From an uncultured Eggerthellaceae bacterium (lineage in GTDB: Bacteria; Actinomycetota; Coriobacteriia; Coriobacteriales; Eggerthellaceae): a stretch of DNA of 49,136 nt. The stretch lies in NCBI GenBank assembly GCA_905234635.1, contig CAJOJB010000013.1, positions 1-49,136 of the forward strand. The letters are read 5' to 3'. Within the stretch, counting starts at the first letter, position 1. Every line of letters starts with the position of its first letter. The translations under genes and the position numbers were made by a program. Of the stretch, positions 8,454 through 21,900 are shown in pieces. Below the pieces are notes generated by a model that saw nothing but the letters and a program-made list of their open reading frames with translations, did not search any database and had not been told where the DNA came from.

Positions 8454-10523
8454 ATGGCTGCTCCTACTTCTGAGCACGTACGCAACATTGCCCTCGTCGG
8501 CCAGGACGGCGCCGGAAAGACTTCATTGGCGGAAGCCATGCTGTTTGTTTCTGGCAAAACACCTCGTATGGGTACAACCCACGATGGTAAGAGCTACCTG
8601 GACTACGATGACGAAGAGATTCGCCGTAAGTTCACTATCAGCACGTCGGTTGCCCCTATTCCTTACAAGGACTACAAGATTAACCTGCTGGACACGGCGG
8701 GTTCACCCGACTTTATTGGTGACACCATTGCGACCATGTATGCCGCAGAAACTGCCTTGTTCGTGGTTGACGCAGTGGATGGCCCCCAGGTCATGACCAC
8801 CAAGCTGTGGAAAGAAGCCAAGAAGATGAAAATCTCGGGGGCTATCTTTATCAATCACATCGACCGTGAACACGCCGACTTCGACAGCGCCCTGGTTGCC
8901 TTACAGGCCCGTTTTGGCAAGCGCGTCACACCACTGACCATTCCCATTGGCCAGGAAGCAGACTTCAAAGGCGTTATCGACGTGGTGCGCATGAAGGCGC
9001 GCTATTTTGGCGAATCCGATACGGAAGAACGCGTGGAAGACATTCCTACTGAATATACCGACCGTGCCAACACCGCGCGCGACCAATTGGTCGATGCTGT
9101 GGCTGAAGCCGACGAAGAGCTGATGATGAAATACCTGGACGGTGAAGAACTGACCCAGGACGAAATTGAAAAGTGCATCCATGACGCCATCAACCAGGAA
9201 CTGCTGGTGCCGGTATATGTGGGTTCAACCATTATCAAGCAGGGCATTCAGGGCCTTATGGAAGACATTGCCACCTTCTTCCCGCATCCGCGTGAACATG
9301 CGGCCTATGCGCTGACCAATGGCGAAAAGTGCGCCATCGACGAAACGGGCAGCCCTGCAGGTTTCGTATTCAAGACCACGACCGACGCCTTTGTGGGCCG
9401 CCTGAGCTACATCAAGGTGCTCACGGGCGTGCTGGAACCTGGTCAGGACCTTGTCAATTCCCGCACGGGCGACAAGGAACGCATTGGCAAGTTGCTCGTT
9501 ATGATGGGCAAGGAATCCACCGAAGTGAAGTCTGCCAAGGCGGGCGACATTATTGTTATCCCGAAGCTGGACAGCGCTCGTGTGGGCGACACCCTTTCGA
9601 GCGACGGCAAGCTGGAACTCGAACCCATGGAACTGCCCGTGCCCTTGTATGCCGTGGCCATTGAAGCCAAGGACAAGAAGGAAGAAGACAAGCTGGGCAC
9701 CTTCCTGGCACGTGCGGCCGACGCCGATCCCACCATTAAGATTAACCGCAACGAAGAAACCCACCAGACACTTATCTATGCCATGGGCGACGAACAAGTG
9801 AACACGCTGCTTTCCCGCCTGAAGGACTCTACGGGCGTGGAAGCAGAACTGAAGCCCGTGCGTATTCCTTATCGCGAAACCATTCGTAAGACGTCGGAAG
9901 CACAGGGTCGCCATAAGAAGCAAACGGGCGGCAGCGGCCAGTTTGGCGACTGCTACCTGCGCTTGGAGCCCAACCCTGGTGCTGGCTATGAATTCGTCGA
10001 CGAAATCAAGGGCGGCGCTATTCCTGGTGGCCTTATTCCTGCTGTCGACAAGGGTGTACAGGACGCCATGCTCGAAGGCTTTATTGCGGGCTATCCCATG
10101 GTGGACATTAAGTGTGCCTGCTACGACGGTTCTTACCATTCAGTAGACTCCAACGAAATGGCCTTTAAGACGGCTGCCCGCATTGGCTTTAGGGCTGCAT
10201 GCGAAAAGGCCGACCCAGTTATTCTGGAGACCATGGCCGACATGCGTGTAACCGTAACCGAAGAATATGCGGGTGCGGTTATGGGCGACCTGCCTACCCG
10301 CCGTGGCCGTATTATGGGTTCTGAATCGGGCGAAGAACCAGGTGAAACTGTTATTGTGGTGCGCGTGCCTTACGCTGAAATCGTAAACTACACGCGCGAC
10401 CTGCGTTCCATGACACGCGGCAATGGTTCGTACACCTATGAAATCAACGGCTACGAACAGGCCCCTGCCGACATTCAGCAAAAGCTTGTTGCAGAATACG
10501 AAGCTTCGAGGAATCAGGGCTAA
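8454..10523 (+). CDS. elongation factor G paralogue (EF-G2-like translational GTPase)
   Basis: G1 motif GQDGAGKTS, DTAG (G3) and NHID (G4, NKxD-type), plus full five-domain EF-G length. The ATG at 8454 is preferred over the TTG at 8442. Confidence 0.9.
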   Translation: MAAPTSEHVRNIALVGQDGAGKTSLAEAMLFVSGKTPRMGTTHDGKSYLDYDDEEIRRKFTISTSVAPIPYKDYKINLLDTAGSPDFIGDTIATMYAAETALFVVDAVDGPQVMTTKLWKEAKKMKISGAIFINHIDREHADFDSALVALQARFGKRVTPLTIPIGQEADFKGVIDVVRMKARYFGESDTEERVEDIPTEYTDRANTARDQLVDAVAEADEELMMKYLDGEELTQDEIEKCIHDAINQELLVPVYVGSTIIKQGIQGLMEDIATFFPHPREHAAYALTNGEKCAIDETGSPAGFVFKTTTDAFVGRLSYIKVLTGVLEPGQDLVNSRTGDKERIGKLLVMMGKESTEVKSAKAGDIIVIPKLDSARVGDTLSSDGKLELEPMELPVPLYAVAIEAKDKKEEDKLGTFLARAADADPTIKINRNEETHQTLIYAMGDEQVNTLLSRLKDSTGVEAELKPVRIPYRETIRKTSEAQGRHKKQTGGSGQFGDCYLRLEPNPGAGYEFVDEIKGGAIPGGLIPAVDKGVQDAMLEGFIAGYPMVDIKCACYDGSYHSVDSNEMAFKTAARIGFRAACEKADPVILETMADMRVTVTEEYAGAVMGDLPTRRGRIMGSESGEEPGETVIVVRVPYAEIVNYTRDLRSMTRGNGSYTYEINGYEQAPADIQQKLVAEYEASRNQG

Positions 10524-11089
10524 TGACCGACTATCAAGAACACGAACAGCTTGAAAACGAACAGGAGGAGGAAATTCCTCCTGTTCAATTAGAAGGCAGT
10601 GTAGGGCTGGGTGTCGACCTGGTTGAAATAGAACGCATGAAGCGCATTTTGGGGCGCACGCCGCGTTTTAAGGTGCGCGTGTATACGGACGAAGAACGGC
10701 AGTACTGCGACGCGACGGCCAACCCCCATGTGCATTACGCGACGCGCTTTGCTGCCAAGGAAGCCGTCTTGAAGGCGCTGGGAACAGGCTTTGCCTTTGG
10801 GATTGCGCCGGCCGACGTCGAAGTGGTGCGTAATCAGTATGGGCGTCCTTCGGTGCAGCTGCATCGCAAGGCGGCTGAAATTGCTGCCAAGCAAGGGGTG
10901 CGTGAAATTCCCGTATCGCTTTCCTACACCCACGCGGAAGCGGTGGCCTGTGCCATGGCCATTACGGCCGATTCCGTGCGTGTGGCCGAAGAACGCATAG
11001 ACCCCATGGAAGAATTGGCGAAGCAATTCAAGGAAGCACGTTCGCTTTTGGACGAGCTTCCCGTGCAGGGCGAAAGTGGGGACATCTAA
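10523..11089 (+). CDS. acpS: holo-[acyl-carrier-protein] synthase (4'-phosphopantetheinyl transferase) with N/C extensions
   Basis: GLGVDLVEIERM..., ...FAAKEAVLKALG... and ...SLSYTHAEAVA motifs. The start overlaps the EF-G stop (TAATG). Confidence 0.85.
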   Translation: MTDYQEHEQLENEQEEEIPPVQLEGSVGLGVDLVEIERMKRILGRTPRFKVRVYTDEERQYCDATANPHVHYATRFAAKEAVLKALGTGFAFGIAPADVEVVRNQYGRPSVQLHRKAAEIAAKQGVREIPVSLSYTHAEAVACAMAITADSVRVAEERIDPMEELAKQFKEARSLLDELPVQGESGDI

Positions 11090-11967
11090 TGCGTGAATAT
11101 GCGCCAGACGTGTTTGCGGATTTGCTTCCGTACCCAACGCCTAATTTGTATAAATATTCACGTGGGCGTTTGATTTTGGTTGTGGGCAGCCGTGCCTACC
11201 CAGGGGCTGCTGGCTTGGCATCGCTTGCGGGGCAGCGGGCCGGTGCGGGCTACACGGAAGTTTACGTGGAAGATTCCATTGTTCAACGCGTGCAAATATA
11301 TGCACCTTCTTTGGTGGTGCGCGCGTGGAGCGAATGGGACAGTGCCCACTGGTTGCCACGGGCAGACGAACGCCACCCACGCGCTTACGTGCTGGGTTGC
11401 GGCTTCGATGCGACCGACCCCTACATTGCTAACGTTACGCGTCAGATTTTAAAGCGCGGCAAGGCCCCCGTGCTTGTTGACGGTGGGGCCCTGCAAATGC
11501 TTTCGGCGCGCAAAATTCATGCTCTGTGCGAACCGCGCATGAAAGACAGTCTGCCCACCATTATTACGCCGCATTTTGGCGAGGCGGTCACCTTGGCTCA
11601 TGCCTATGGTATCCCCACGGAAGACCCCACTGAACTGGCGAAAGAACTGGCGCGTCACTACCATGCAACCTGCGTGTTGAAGGGCCCGAACACCTATATT
11701 TCCGACGGTGAAGACTGCTATTGCATGACCGAAGGAACGGCAGCGCTTTCGAAGGCTGGTACGGGTGACGTGCTGGCGGGCATTATTGGCGCGCTGCTGG
11801 CTCAGGGCGTGGACCCTGTGGACGCGTGCGTGCTGGGCACGACGCTGCACGCGCGGGCTGGGCGTTTGGCCGCCGCAGATCTTACGAGCATTGCGGTCAC
11901 GCCAGAAGATGTTATCGACTACATTCCCCAAGCTGTGCTTTCGCTTGGCAAGGGTCGAACGGAATAG
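11089..11967 (+). CDS. nnrD: ADP-dependent NAD(P)H-hydrate dehydratase (YjeF C-terminal domain)
   Basis: KYSRGRLILVVGS..., ...VLTPH-like IITPHFGE and GTGDVLAGIIGALLAQG motifs. The start overlaps the acpS stop. Confidence 0.85.
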   Translation: MREYAPDVFADLLPYPTPNLYKYSRGRLILVVGSRAYPGAAGLASLAGQRAGAGYTEVYVEDSIVQRVQIYAPSLVVRAWSEWDSAHWLPRADERHPRAYVLGCGFDATDPYIANVTRQILKRGKAPVLVDGGALQMLSARKIHALCEPRMKDSLPTIITPHFGEAVTLAHAYGIPTEDPTELAKELARHYHATCVLKGPNTYISDGEDCYCMTEGTAALSKAGTGDVLAGIIGALLAQGVDPVDACVLGTTLHARAGRLAAADLTSIAVTPEDVIDYIPQAVLSLGKGRTE

Positions 11968-11986
11968 TTCCTGGGGAAGCAATTAA

Positions 11987-14493
<2,507 letters not shown>

Positions 14494-14585
14494 GAAACGG
14501 AGCCGTGTCCCGATTCGATGGTCTGGGCGTACTCCGTTTCGTAAGTATTATGGCATATTTCGCTGAAGAGGGCTTTACTGGGGGC

Positions 14586-15314
14586 ATGAAGAAGATCCGT
14601 TTAGATGAACTGATGGTGCAGCGGGGCTTGGTGGAATCCGCTACCGACGCGCTGCCTTTGGTGGTGGCCCATGAGGTAAAAGTGGGCGACGAATATGCGA
14701 CATCGGTTGCCCAGTTGGTTGCGCCCGATGCAGCTGTTGTTCTTAAAGGGAAGGGGCGTTTTGTTTCCCGCGGGGGCGACAAACTCCAGGCGGCCCTTGA
14801 CCACTTTGGCCAGCAGGTTGAGGGTTTGCGCTGCATTGATATCGGATCTTCCACCGGGGGTTTTTCGGACTGCTTGCTTCAGGCAGGAGCCGCCCATGTT
14901 GCCTGCGTAGATGTAGGCTATGGCATTTTGGCCGATGTGGTCCGCAACGATGCGCGCACAACCGTATTCGAACGCACCAATATCCGTACGGCGAACCCTC
15001 AAGACCTGGGTGCTCCATTCGACCTTTTAGTGGCGGACTTAAGCTTCATAGGCCTTGCTCAGTTGGCACCCACGTTTGCCCAGCTGTGCGAGCCGGGCAG
15101 CGTGTTTCTTGCGCTGGTAAAACCTCAGTTCGAAAGTGCTCACGAAGAAACCGAGGGCGGTTTGGTAACAGACCCTGCGGTTCGTACCCGCACTATTGAA
15201 GAGGTGCGTACCGCCCTCGAACAGGCAGGATTTACTATTCTTGGAACCATGGAGTCGCCCGTACCTGGCAAGAAGGCGGGCAACATCGAATACTTTATTC
15301 AGGCGGTTTTCTAG
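14586..15314 (+). CDS. tlyA: TlyA family rRNA (cytidine-2'-O)-methyltransferase
   Basis: S4-like N-terminus MKKIRLDELMVQRGL... and FtsJ-type SAM site IDIGSSTGGFSD. The internal ATG at 14586 is preferred to the track start at 14505. Confidence 0.85.
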   Translation: MKKIRLDELMVQRGLVESATDALPLVVAHEVKVGDEYATSVAQLVAPDAAVVLKGKGRFVSRGGDKLQAALDHFGQQVEGLRCIDIGSSTGGFSDCLLQAGAAHVACVDVGYGILADVVRNDARTTVFERTNIRTANPQDLGAPFDLLVADLSFIGLAQLAPTFAQLCEPGSVFLALVKPQFESAHEETEGGLVTDPAVRTRTIEEVRTALEQAGFTILGTMESPVPGKKAGNIEYFIQAVF

Positions 15315-16738
15315 GAGTTTGCTTCTTCGTATTCTTCGCCCTTACCGTCGCCCGTATCGTCGGAGCCCCCGGAAGCTTCTTCAGATTTTTCGGGCTGGTG
15401 GTAGTTCATAAGTTCTTCGACCGTGACGAAGGTATAGCCTTTATCCTTGAGCTTGGGCAGGGCAGCGCGCAGGGCTTCTACCGTTTGTTCACGGTCGCCG
15501 CCACCGTCGTGCATGAGTACAATGTCGCCAGGCGAAGCGGTCAGCAGCGCTTCTTCAACTGCTTTGGCTCCAGGCTTTTGCCAATCGAGCGTATCAAGCG
15601 TCCAGCCAATTTCATAGGTGATATACGGCGAAATAGACGCAGCCGTTGTGGGGCTATAGTTGCCGCCGGGTGCGCGGAACATTTGGTTGCACTTCGAGCC
15701 TGTCGCCTTTTCGATAGCCTTCTGCCCCTTGGTAACATCTTCGACACGCGCGTCGTGCGTCATAAGGCCCAAGTCGTAGCCAGCGCCTTCAAACGCGTGG
15801 CTGTAGGTATGCGTGCAAATTTGGTGACCGGAATCGTATTCACGCTTTACCAGCGCGGCCATTTCGGGACCTTCGTCAATACGGTTTCCAACCACGAAGA
15901 AGGTAGCTTTGGCATCGTTTTCATCCAGGATGTCCAAAATTTGTTCAGTGGTTTCGTCCCAAGGACCGTCGTCGAAGGTGAGCGCGATAACGCGTTCTTT
16001 TGTTTCAATGTCAAACATATGCAGGACACCCTGCTGTTCAAAGGTGGGTTTTTCCTTTTCGACCATGACGCCGGAAATCCTTCCGACTATGGCGCGACCA
16101 GCACCTTCGTCACTGACGCCCTTGACTTCTCGAATCGAACCCCAGCTGTCGTCGCTTGTGGCGTCCGTGATGTTGTAGGTAAGGCGCTCGTAGTAGTCTT
16201 CTTGGATGTTCTGACCTGCGGTTACTTCAACATTTGCTCTGTTTGGCACGGGGCTGCGCGGTTCGGCTGGTTCACCGTTAATGGTAGCCGTGAAAGGTGT
16301 ACCGCCATTTTCCTTGATAATGCTGCCATCTACGGCCACCAGGCTGCCGGGGGTGGTGTTGATGCCTGCTTCGGTAATGGCCATGGCAACCGTGTTTTCT
16401 TCTGGCAGCCCAACGCGTTTCCCGTTCACCTTGGCTTTTACTGGCGCAGAATTTGCACAGCTAAAGCCAATAAAACCGATAAGCAAGACCAGAAAGACTG
16501 CTGCAATAAGGGGAAGGAAGCGACGCAAATTGCTCCCATAGGAATAGGTCATAGCAGAAGCGCTTGGCGAAAAGAGCTGACTTGGCATGCCGCTTGTCGT
16601 GTAGTTCCTTCGGCTTGTACGTGTCGATGTGCGCGCCGACGTGCGCGTCGAAGGACGACTTGAAATGCGTTCGGTGCTGCGGGTTCTTGGCCGGCGTCCG
16701 CCAGAACCGAAGGAATTGTTGTTATACGAGTTGCGCAC
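15311..16738 (-). CDS. membrane-anchored polysaccharide deacetylase (NodB homology domain)
   Basis: ALTFDDGPW, FFVVG, HTYSH and MHDGGGDR motifs. N-terminal Arg/Ser/Thr-rich tail followed by a TM helix. GTG start with GAAGGA upstream. Confidence 0.85.
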   Translation of the reverse strand: MRNSYNNNSFGSGGRRPRTRSTERISSRPSTRTSARTSTRTSRRNYTTSGMPSQLFSPSASAMTYSYGSNLRRFLPLIAAVFLVLLIGFIGFSCANSAPVKAKVNGKRVGLPEENTVAMAITEAGINTTPGSLVAVDGSIIKENGGTPFTATINGEPAEPRSPVPNRANVEVTAGQNIQEDYYERLTYNITDATSDDSWGSIREVKGVSDEGAGRAIVGRISGVMVEKEKPTFEQQGVLHMFDIETKERVIALTFDDGPWDETTEQILDILDENDAKATFFVVGNRIDEGPEMAALVKREYDSGHQICTHTYSHAFEGAGYDLGLMTHDARVEDVTKGQKAIEKATGSKCNQMFRAPGGNYSPTTAASISPYITYEIGWTLDTLDWQKPGAKAVEEALLTASPGDIVLMHDGGGDREQTVEALRAALPKLKDKGYTFVTVEELMNYHQPEKSEEASGGSDDTGDGKGEEYEEANS

Positions 16739-16756
16739 CGCTACATTCCTTCAAAG

Positions 16757-18121
16757 CTAGTTCTTTAAGCTGTTAATGGGGGCGGGGAAACGGCCGCCAC
16801 GGTGGGCAAAAACATCGCCTGCATGCCCGTTAACTTGCATGATGGGAGCGTAGCCTAAAAGTCCCCCGAATTCTACCTTTTCGCCCACCTTTTTACCCTG
16901 AGCGGGAATAAGGCGCACGGCAGTGGTCTTGCTGTTGATAACACCAATAGCGCATTCGTCGGCGATAATGCCGAAAATGGTTTCAGCACTCGTGTCACCA
17001 GGTACGGCAATCATGTCCAAGCCTACACTGCACACGCAGGTCATAGCTTCGAGTTTTTCAAGCGAAAGGGCACCTTCTTCAACGGCGCGAATCATACCGG
17101 CATCTTCAGAGACCGGGATAAACGCACCTGAAAGACCGCCAACGCTGCTTGAAGCCATGACGCCACCTTTCTTGACGGCATCGTTGAGCAGGGCAAGAGC
17201 GGCCGTGGTGCCAGGACCACCGCAGGTTCCCACGCCTATGGCTTCGAGGATTTCTGCAACGCTGTCGCCTTCAGCGGGAGTGGGCGCAAGTGACAAGTCC
17301 AAGATACCCTGGACTACGCCCAGGCGCTGGCTGGCTTCGCGCGCCATTAATTCGCCGGCGCGGGTAATCTTGAAAGTAGTTGCCTTGATGGCTTCAGCGA
17401 TGTCGGTGATATTGGCGTCTTTGGGCATATTGGCAAGCACATTGCGAACCACGCCCGGGCCCGAAACGCCCACGTTAATAACTGCATCTGCTTCGCCCGA
17501 CCCGTGGAAAGCGCCCGCCATAAAGGGGTTGTCTTCTACCGCGTTGGCAAACACTACCAACTTGGCGCAGCCGATGGAATCTCGGTCGGCGGTAGCGCGT
17601 GCCGTGTCCAGAATGATGTTGCTCATCTTCCAAACGGCATCCATGTTAATGCCGGCGCGGGTTGAAGCCACATTGACCGAAGAGCACACGCGATCTGTCG
17701 TTGCCAGCGCGGAAGGAATTGATTCCATGAGCTTGTTGTCGGCTCCACTGGCGCCTTTGTGCACGAGTGCCGAAAAGCCGCCCACGAAGTCCACGCCCAC
17801 TTCTTTGGCGGCACGGTCCATGGCGGCCGCGATGGGGGACAGGTCGGTTTCCTGGGTAGCTGCGCAGATTTCTGCAATGGGCGTGACCGAAATGCGCTTG
17901 TTAACAATGGGAATACCAAATTCGCGTTGTAGCTGGTCGGCGGTGGGAACGAGGTCCTGTGCAGCGCTGGCCATACGGTCGTATACACGCTTGGCAATGG
18001 TGTCTACGCTGTTGCTGGCACAGCCGCGCAGATTCAGGCCCAAGGTGATGGTGCGTATGTCCAGATGTTGTTGCGAAACCATTGCTTGAGTTTCGGCAAT
18101 TTCGCGAGGTGTAATTTGCAT
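16757..18121 (-). CDS. UPF0210 / PFL-like (DUF711) family protein
   Basis: 454 aa. The N-terminus [31 protein letters not shown] is characteristic of the UPF0210 family. Confidence 0.8.
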   Translation of the reverse strand: MQITPREIAETQAMVSQQHLDIRTITLGLNLRGCASNSVDTIAKRVYDRMASAAQDLVPTADQLQREFGIPIVNKRISVTPIAEICAATQETDLSPIAAAMDRAAKEVGVDFVGGFSALVHKGASGADNKLMESIPSALATTDRVCSSVNVASTRAGINMDAVWKMSNIILDTARATADRDSIGCAKLVVFANAVEDNPFMAGAFHGSGEADAVINVGVSGPGVVRNVLANMPKDANITDIAEAIKATTFKITRAGELMAREASQRLGVVQGILDLSLAPTPAEGDSVAEILEAIGVGTCGGPGTTAALALLNDAVKKGGVMASSSVGGLSGAFIPVSEDAGMIRAVEEGALSLEKLEAMTCVCSVGLDMIAVPGDTSAETIFGIIADECAIGVINSKTTAVRLIPAQGKKVGEKVEFGGLLGYAPIMQVNGHAGDVFAHRGGRFPAPINSLKN

Positions 18122-18280
18122 GCGTCAAGCCCTTTCTATACAACAGGTATATTGTGCCATATTTAGGGCGACGATGAAGTTTGTTAAGCAAATGCTTTTT
18201 CTGCAGACCTGAATGCTTAACCTAGCGGTAGGTATTTGTGCGTTCTATTGAAAGTGTCAGCTGCGATATTAGACAAGATG

Positions 18281-18286
18281 TATAAT
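18281..18286 (+). promoter_or_regulatory. candidate -10 box (TATAAT) placed for a leaderless TetR transcript
   Basis: A perfect TATAAT ends 7 nt before the ATG at 18294. No SD is present. No convincing -35 was found. Confidence 0.3.
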
Positions 18287-18293
18287 ATTGTGC

Positions 18294-18902
18294 ATGTTGT
18301 CTAAGACTGAAGATAGACGCATTTCACGTACGCAAGCCGCCTTGCGTGATGCCCTCGTGACGCTTGTGGAGGAGTGCGGGCTTGATGCAATTTCGGTAGG
18401 CGATCTTTGCGCTGCTGCCAATATTACGCGCGGTACGTTTTACAACCATTTCAAAGACAAGGAAGCCGTGGTCGACGCCTTTGAAGACGAAGTTATTACT
18501 GGCCTCGAGGTGTTTCAGGAACGTATGGGTAAGTTGTCCTTGCCCGAGTTGGCGAAGTGCGTAGCGCTCAAGCGACCCTTGCCCTTGCTCGTAGAAATGT
18601 TTGACTACTTGCGTGAAGAAGGCGCCTTCCTGCATGCCATGCTTGGCGAAGGGGGCGATTCGGCCTTTAGCTTGCGCATCCGCGACAGCGTGTGTACCAA
18701 CCTGGTCCAGTCCATTTTGCACAAGCGCTATCGTGAAAGCACCGACCCCTTTGTGGGTTACTACGTTTCTTTTTATGCTTCGGCCTATTTGGGCATGATT
18801 ATGCATTGGATTGAAACGGGCATGATGGAAAGTTCTGAAGACATGGCGCGTATAGCCCAGCGTCTTTTATTTATTAAACCTGGTGAAAGCATCAAATTGT
18901 AG
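18294..18902 (+). CDS. TetR/AcrR family transcriptional regulator (DhaS-like C-terminal domain)
   Basis: [49 protein letters not shown] is a TetR-type HTH. Confidence 0.85.
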   Translation: MLSKTEDRRISRTQAALRDALVTLVEECGLDAISVGDLCAAANITRGTFYNHFKDKEAVVDAFEDEVITGLEVFQERMGKLSLPELAKCVALKRPLPLLVEMFDYLREEGAFLHAMLGEGGDSAFSLRIRDSVCTNLVQSILHKRYRESTDPFVGYYVSFYASAYLGMIMHWIETGMMESSEDMARIAQRLLFIKPGESIKL

Positions 18903-18913
18903 GAGATTTGATT

Positions 18914-21900
18914 ATGGTTGACGAAGCGGAACAACAGGCTCAGACGGGCGAGCAAGCGCAGACCCAGGAACAGGCGCACTCCCAGCACGCGCAGGATTCC
19001 GAGCAGCTGCACATTGGTATTGACGTGGGTTCTACCACGGTGAAGCTGGCAATTTTGGACGACGCGAATGACATCCGTTATTCCATTTATCAGCGCCATC
19101 ATGCCGACGTGCGCGCCACCATTTTGGAAGTGCTCAAGGCCGCGGGAGTCGAGTATGGCGACCGCGTTATGACCACTGCCATTACGGGGTCGGGCGGCTT
19201 GCTGCTGGCCCAGTGGTTGGGTATTACCTTTGTGCAAGAAGTAATCGCGTCCAAAACGGCCGTCGAAACCTTTATCCCCCAGACCGACGTTGCTATCGAG
19301 CTGGGCGGGGAAGACGCCAAGATTATCTACTTTGACCAGGGTATAGAACAGCGTATGAATGGTACGTGCGCTGGTGGTACGGGAGCGTTCATCGACCAGA
19401 TGGCAGCGCTTTTGGACACCGACGCATCTGGTTTGGATGAATTGGCCGCCAAGCACGAAATCCTCTATCCCATTGCGAGCCGCTGTGGCGTGTTTGCCAA
19501 GACCGACGTGCAGCCGCTCCTTAATGAAGGTGCTAAGCGCGAAGACATTGCGGCATCTATTTTCCAGGCGGTTGTTACCCAGACCATTTCGGGCCTGGCA
19601 TGCGGGCGCCCTATCCGCGGACACGTGGCTTTCTTGGGTGGCCCTTTGCAGTATTTGCCTCAGCTGCGCGAACGTTTCTACGATTCACTGAACTTGGATG
19701 AAGACCATATTATCGTGCCCGAAAACGCCCACCTGTTTGTGGCGGCGGGTTGCGCGATTGCGGGTAAAGTCGAAGCCAAGGCCGAGCGTCTTAACGACAT
19801 TATCGCGCGCTTGGAAAACTTGGGCGACGTAGAAGTGGTGCGTCTGCCTGCACTTTTTGCCTGCCAGGCCGAATACGACGAATTCAAGGCGCGTCATGCT
19901 TCTGAAGAAGTTAAAAAGGCTGATCTGGCAAGCTATGAGGGGCTGGCCTACCTTGGCATCGACGCGGGTTCAACTACTTTTAAGACGGTCCTGGTGGGCG
20001 AAGACGGCAGCTTGCTGTGGAGCTACTACACGTCTAACAAAGGCGACGTGTTGGGCACCGCCAAGCGCGGCATTAAGATGCTCTATGATGCCCTGCCCAA
20101 GAATGTCGACGGAACGAGCAAGGTTGAAATTGGTCATGCTACCGTTACGGGCTATGGCGAAGGTTTGTTGCTGGAAGCCTTGCGTGTAGACAGCGGTGAA
20201 ATTGAAACGGTGGCCCACTTGCGTGGCGCCGAAGAAATGCTGCCTGGCGTGGAATTCATTTTGGACATTGGCGGCCAGGACATGAAATGCCTGCGTGTGA
20301 AAGACGGCGTTATCGATTCTATTATGCTCAACGAGGCATGCAGTTCTGGCTGCGGTAGCTTTATCGAAAGTTTTGCAGCGGGCTTGAATCTGGACGTGAA
20401 AGACTTTGCGGCTACGGCCAATTCTGCCGATGCGCCCGTGGACCTGGGTAGTCGCTGTACGGTATTTATGAACAGCCGTGTGAAACAGGCCCAAAAAGAA
20501 GGTGCTACGGTGGGCGACATCGCAGCGGGTTTGGCTATTTCGGTTATCAAGAATGCCCTATTCAAAGTTATTAAACTGCGTGATCCGCACGAGGTGGGGA
20601 ACAAGGTTATCGTACAAGGCGGTACCTTCTTAAACGATGCGGTTTTGCGTTCCTTTGAACAGCTGGCAGGCGTGAATGCTGTACGCCCCGATATCGCTGG
20701 TAACATGGGGGCATACGGCGCCGCCCTCCTAGCCCGTGACCGTGCTTTTCGTGGGAATTTGGGGACGGAGGATTTTGTCCCAGAAAATCGAAAAGCAGGT
20801 ATTGAAGGTGATTCTGGGACAAAATCCTCCGTCCCCAAATTCCCACAGGTGAAATCTACTCTTTTGACGGCAGACGAATTGGATGCATTGGAGCCCACGC
20901 ATCGCACACTACGCTGTAAGGGCTGCTCCAACAGCTGCCTGCTTACCGTGAATGACTTTGGCGAAGACCCGAACACCGGCAAGCATCGCCGCTTTATTAC
21001 GGGTAACCGCTGCGAAAAGGGTGAAGCTTTGGCGGGTGGTAAGGAAGCGGGCGCTGCCGTGCCTAACCTCTTTGAGTACAAGGCACATCGCTTGTTTGAC
21101 TACGAGCCGCTTTCCCGCGAAGACGCTGTTCGTGGCACTGTGGGTATGCCTCGTGTCCTCAACATGTTTGAAAACTATCCCTTCTGGTTTACCTTCTTCA
21201 ATAAGTTGGGCTTCCGCGTGGAGCTGTCCGATGCGTCCACCAAGAAGACCTATGAAGCGGGCATTGAATCTATTCCTTCAGAAAACGCGTGTTACCCCGC
21301 CAAGATTAGCCACGGCCACGTAATGAACTTGCTGGAAAAGGACCTCGACTTCATTTGGATGCCCTGCGCGAAGTGGGAACGCCAGGAAGACGAAGGGGCG
21401 GGCAACCACTACAACTGCCCGATAGTCATGAGCTATTCGGAAAGCTTGCGCTTAAACATCGATGAACTCAATGAACCTGGCGCACCGGCCTTCCTGAATC
21501 CGTTTTTGCCCTATGACAAAAAGGACAAGCTGAAGAAGCGCCTCTACGCCGAACTGGTGGAAGCGCACCCCGAAATCATGGGCAAGTACGCGAAGGCACC
21601 TACGCAGAAAGAAATCGATGAAGCGGTTGACCTTGCTTGGGCAGAAGACGAAAAGTTCAAGGCCGACATGCGCGCTAAGGGCGAAGAAACGCTTGCCTGG
21701 ATTGAAGAAAACCAGGCGCACGGCATTGTGCTGGCGGGCCGTCCTTACCATAACGATCCCGAAATCAATCATGCTATTCCTGAACTACTGACAGGCTTTG
21801 GCCTGGCGGTGCTCACGGAAGATTCGGTTGCCCATCTGGGTAAACTCGAACGTCCCATCCGCCTGATTGACCAGTGGATGTACCACACGCGCTTGTATGC

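Noticed and set aside
9225-10139. Long antisense ORFs opposite well-supported genes. Examples: 9225-10139, 12143-12928, 15398-16663, 16923-18089, 21947-23428, 25946-27163, 28654-29874, 29931-30842, 33998-34882, 35248-36357, 37740-38678 and 38760-39782.
   Set aside because: Each lies opposite a gene with clear family motifs. The translations are Arg/Ala/Gly/His-rich with no recognisable motifs, which is typical of shadow ORFs in GC-rich coding DNA.
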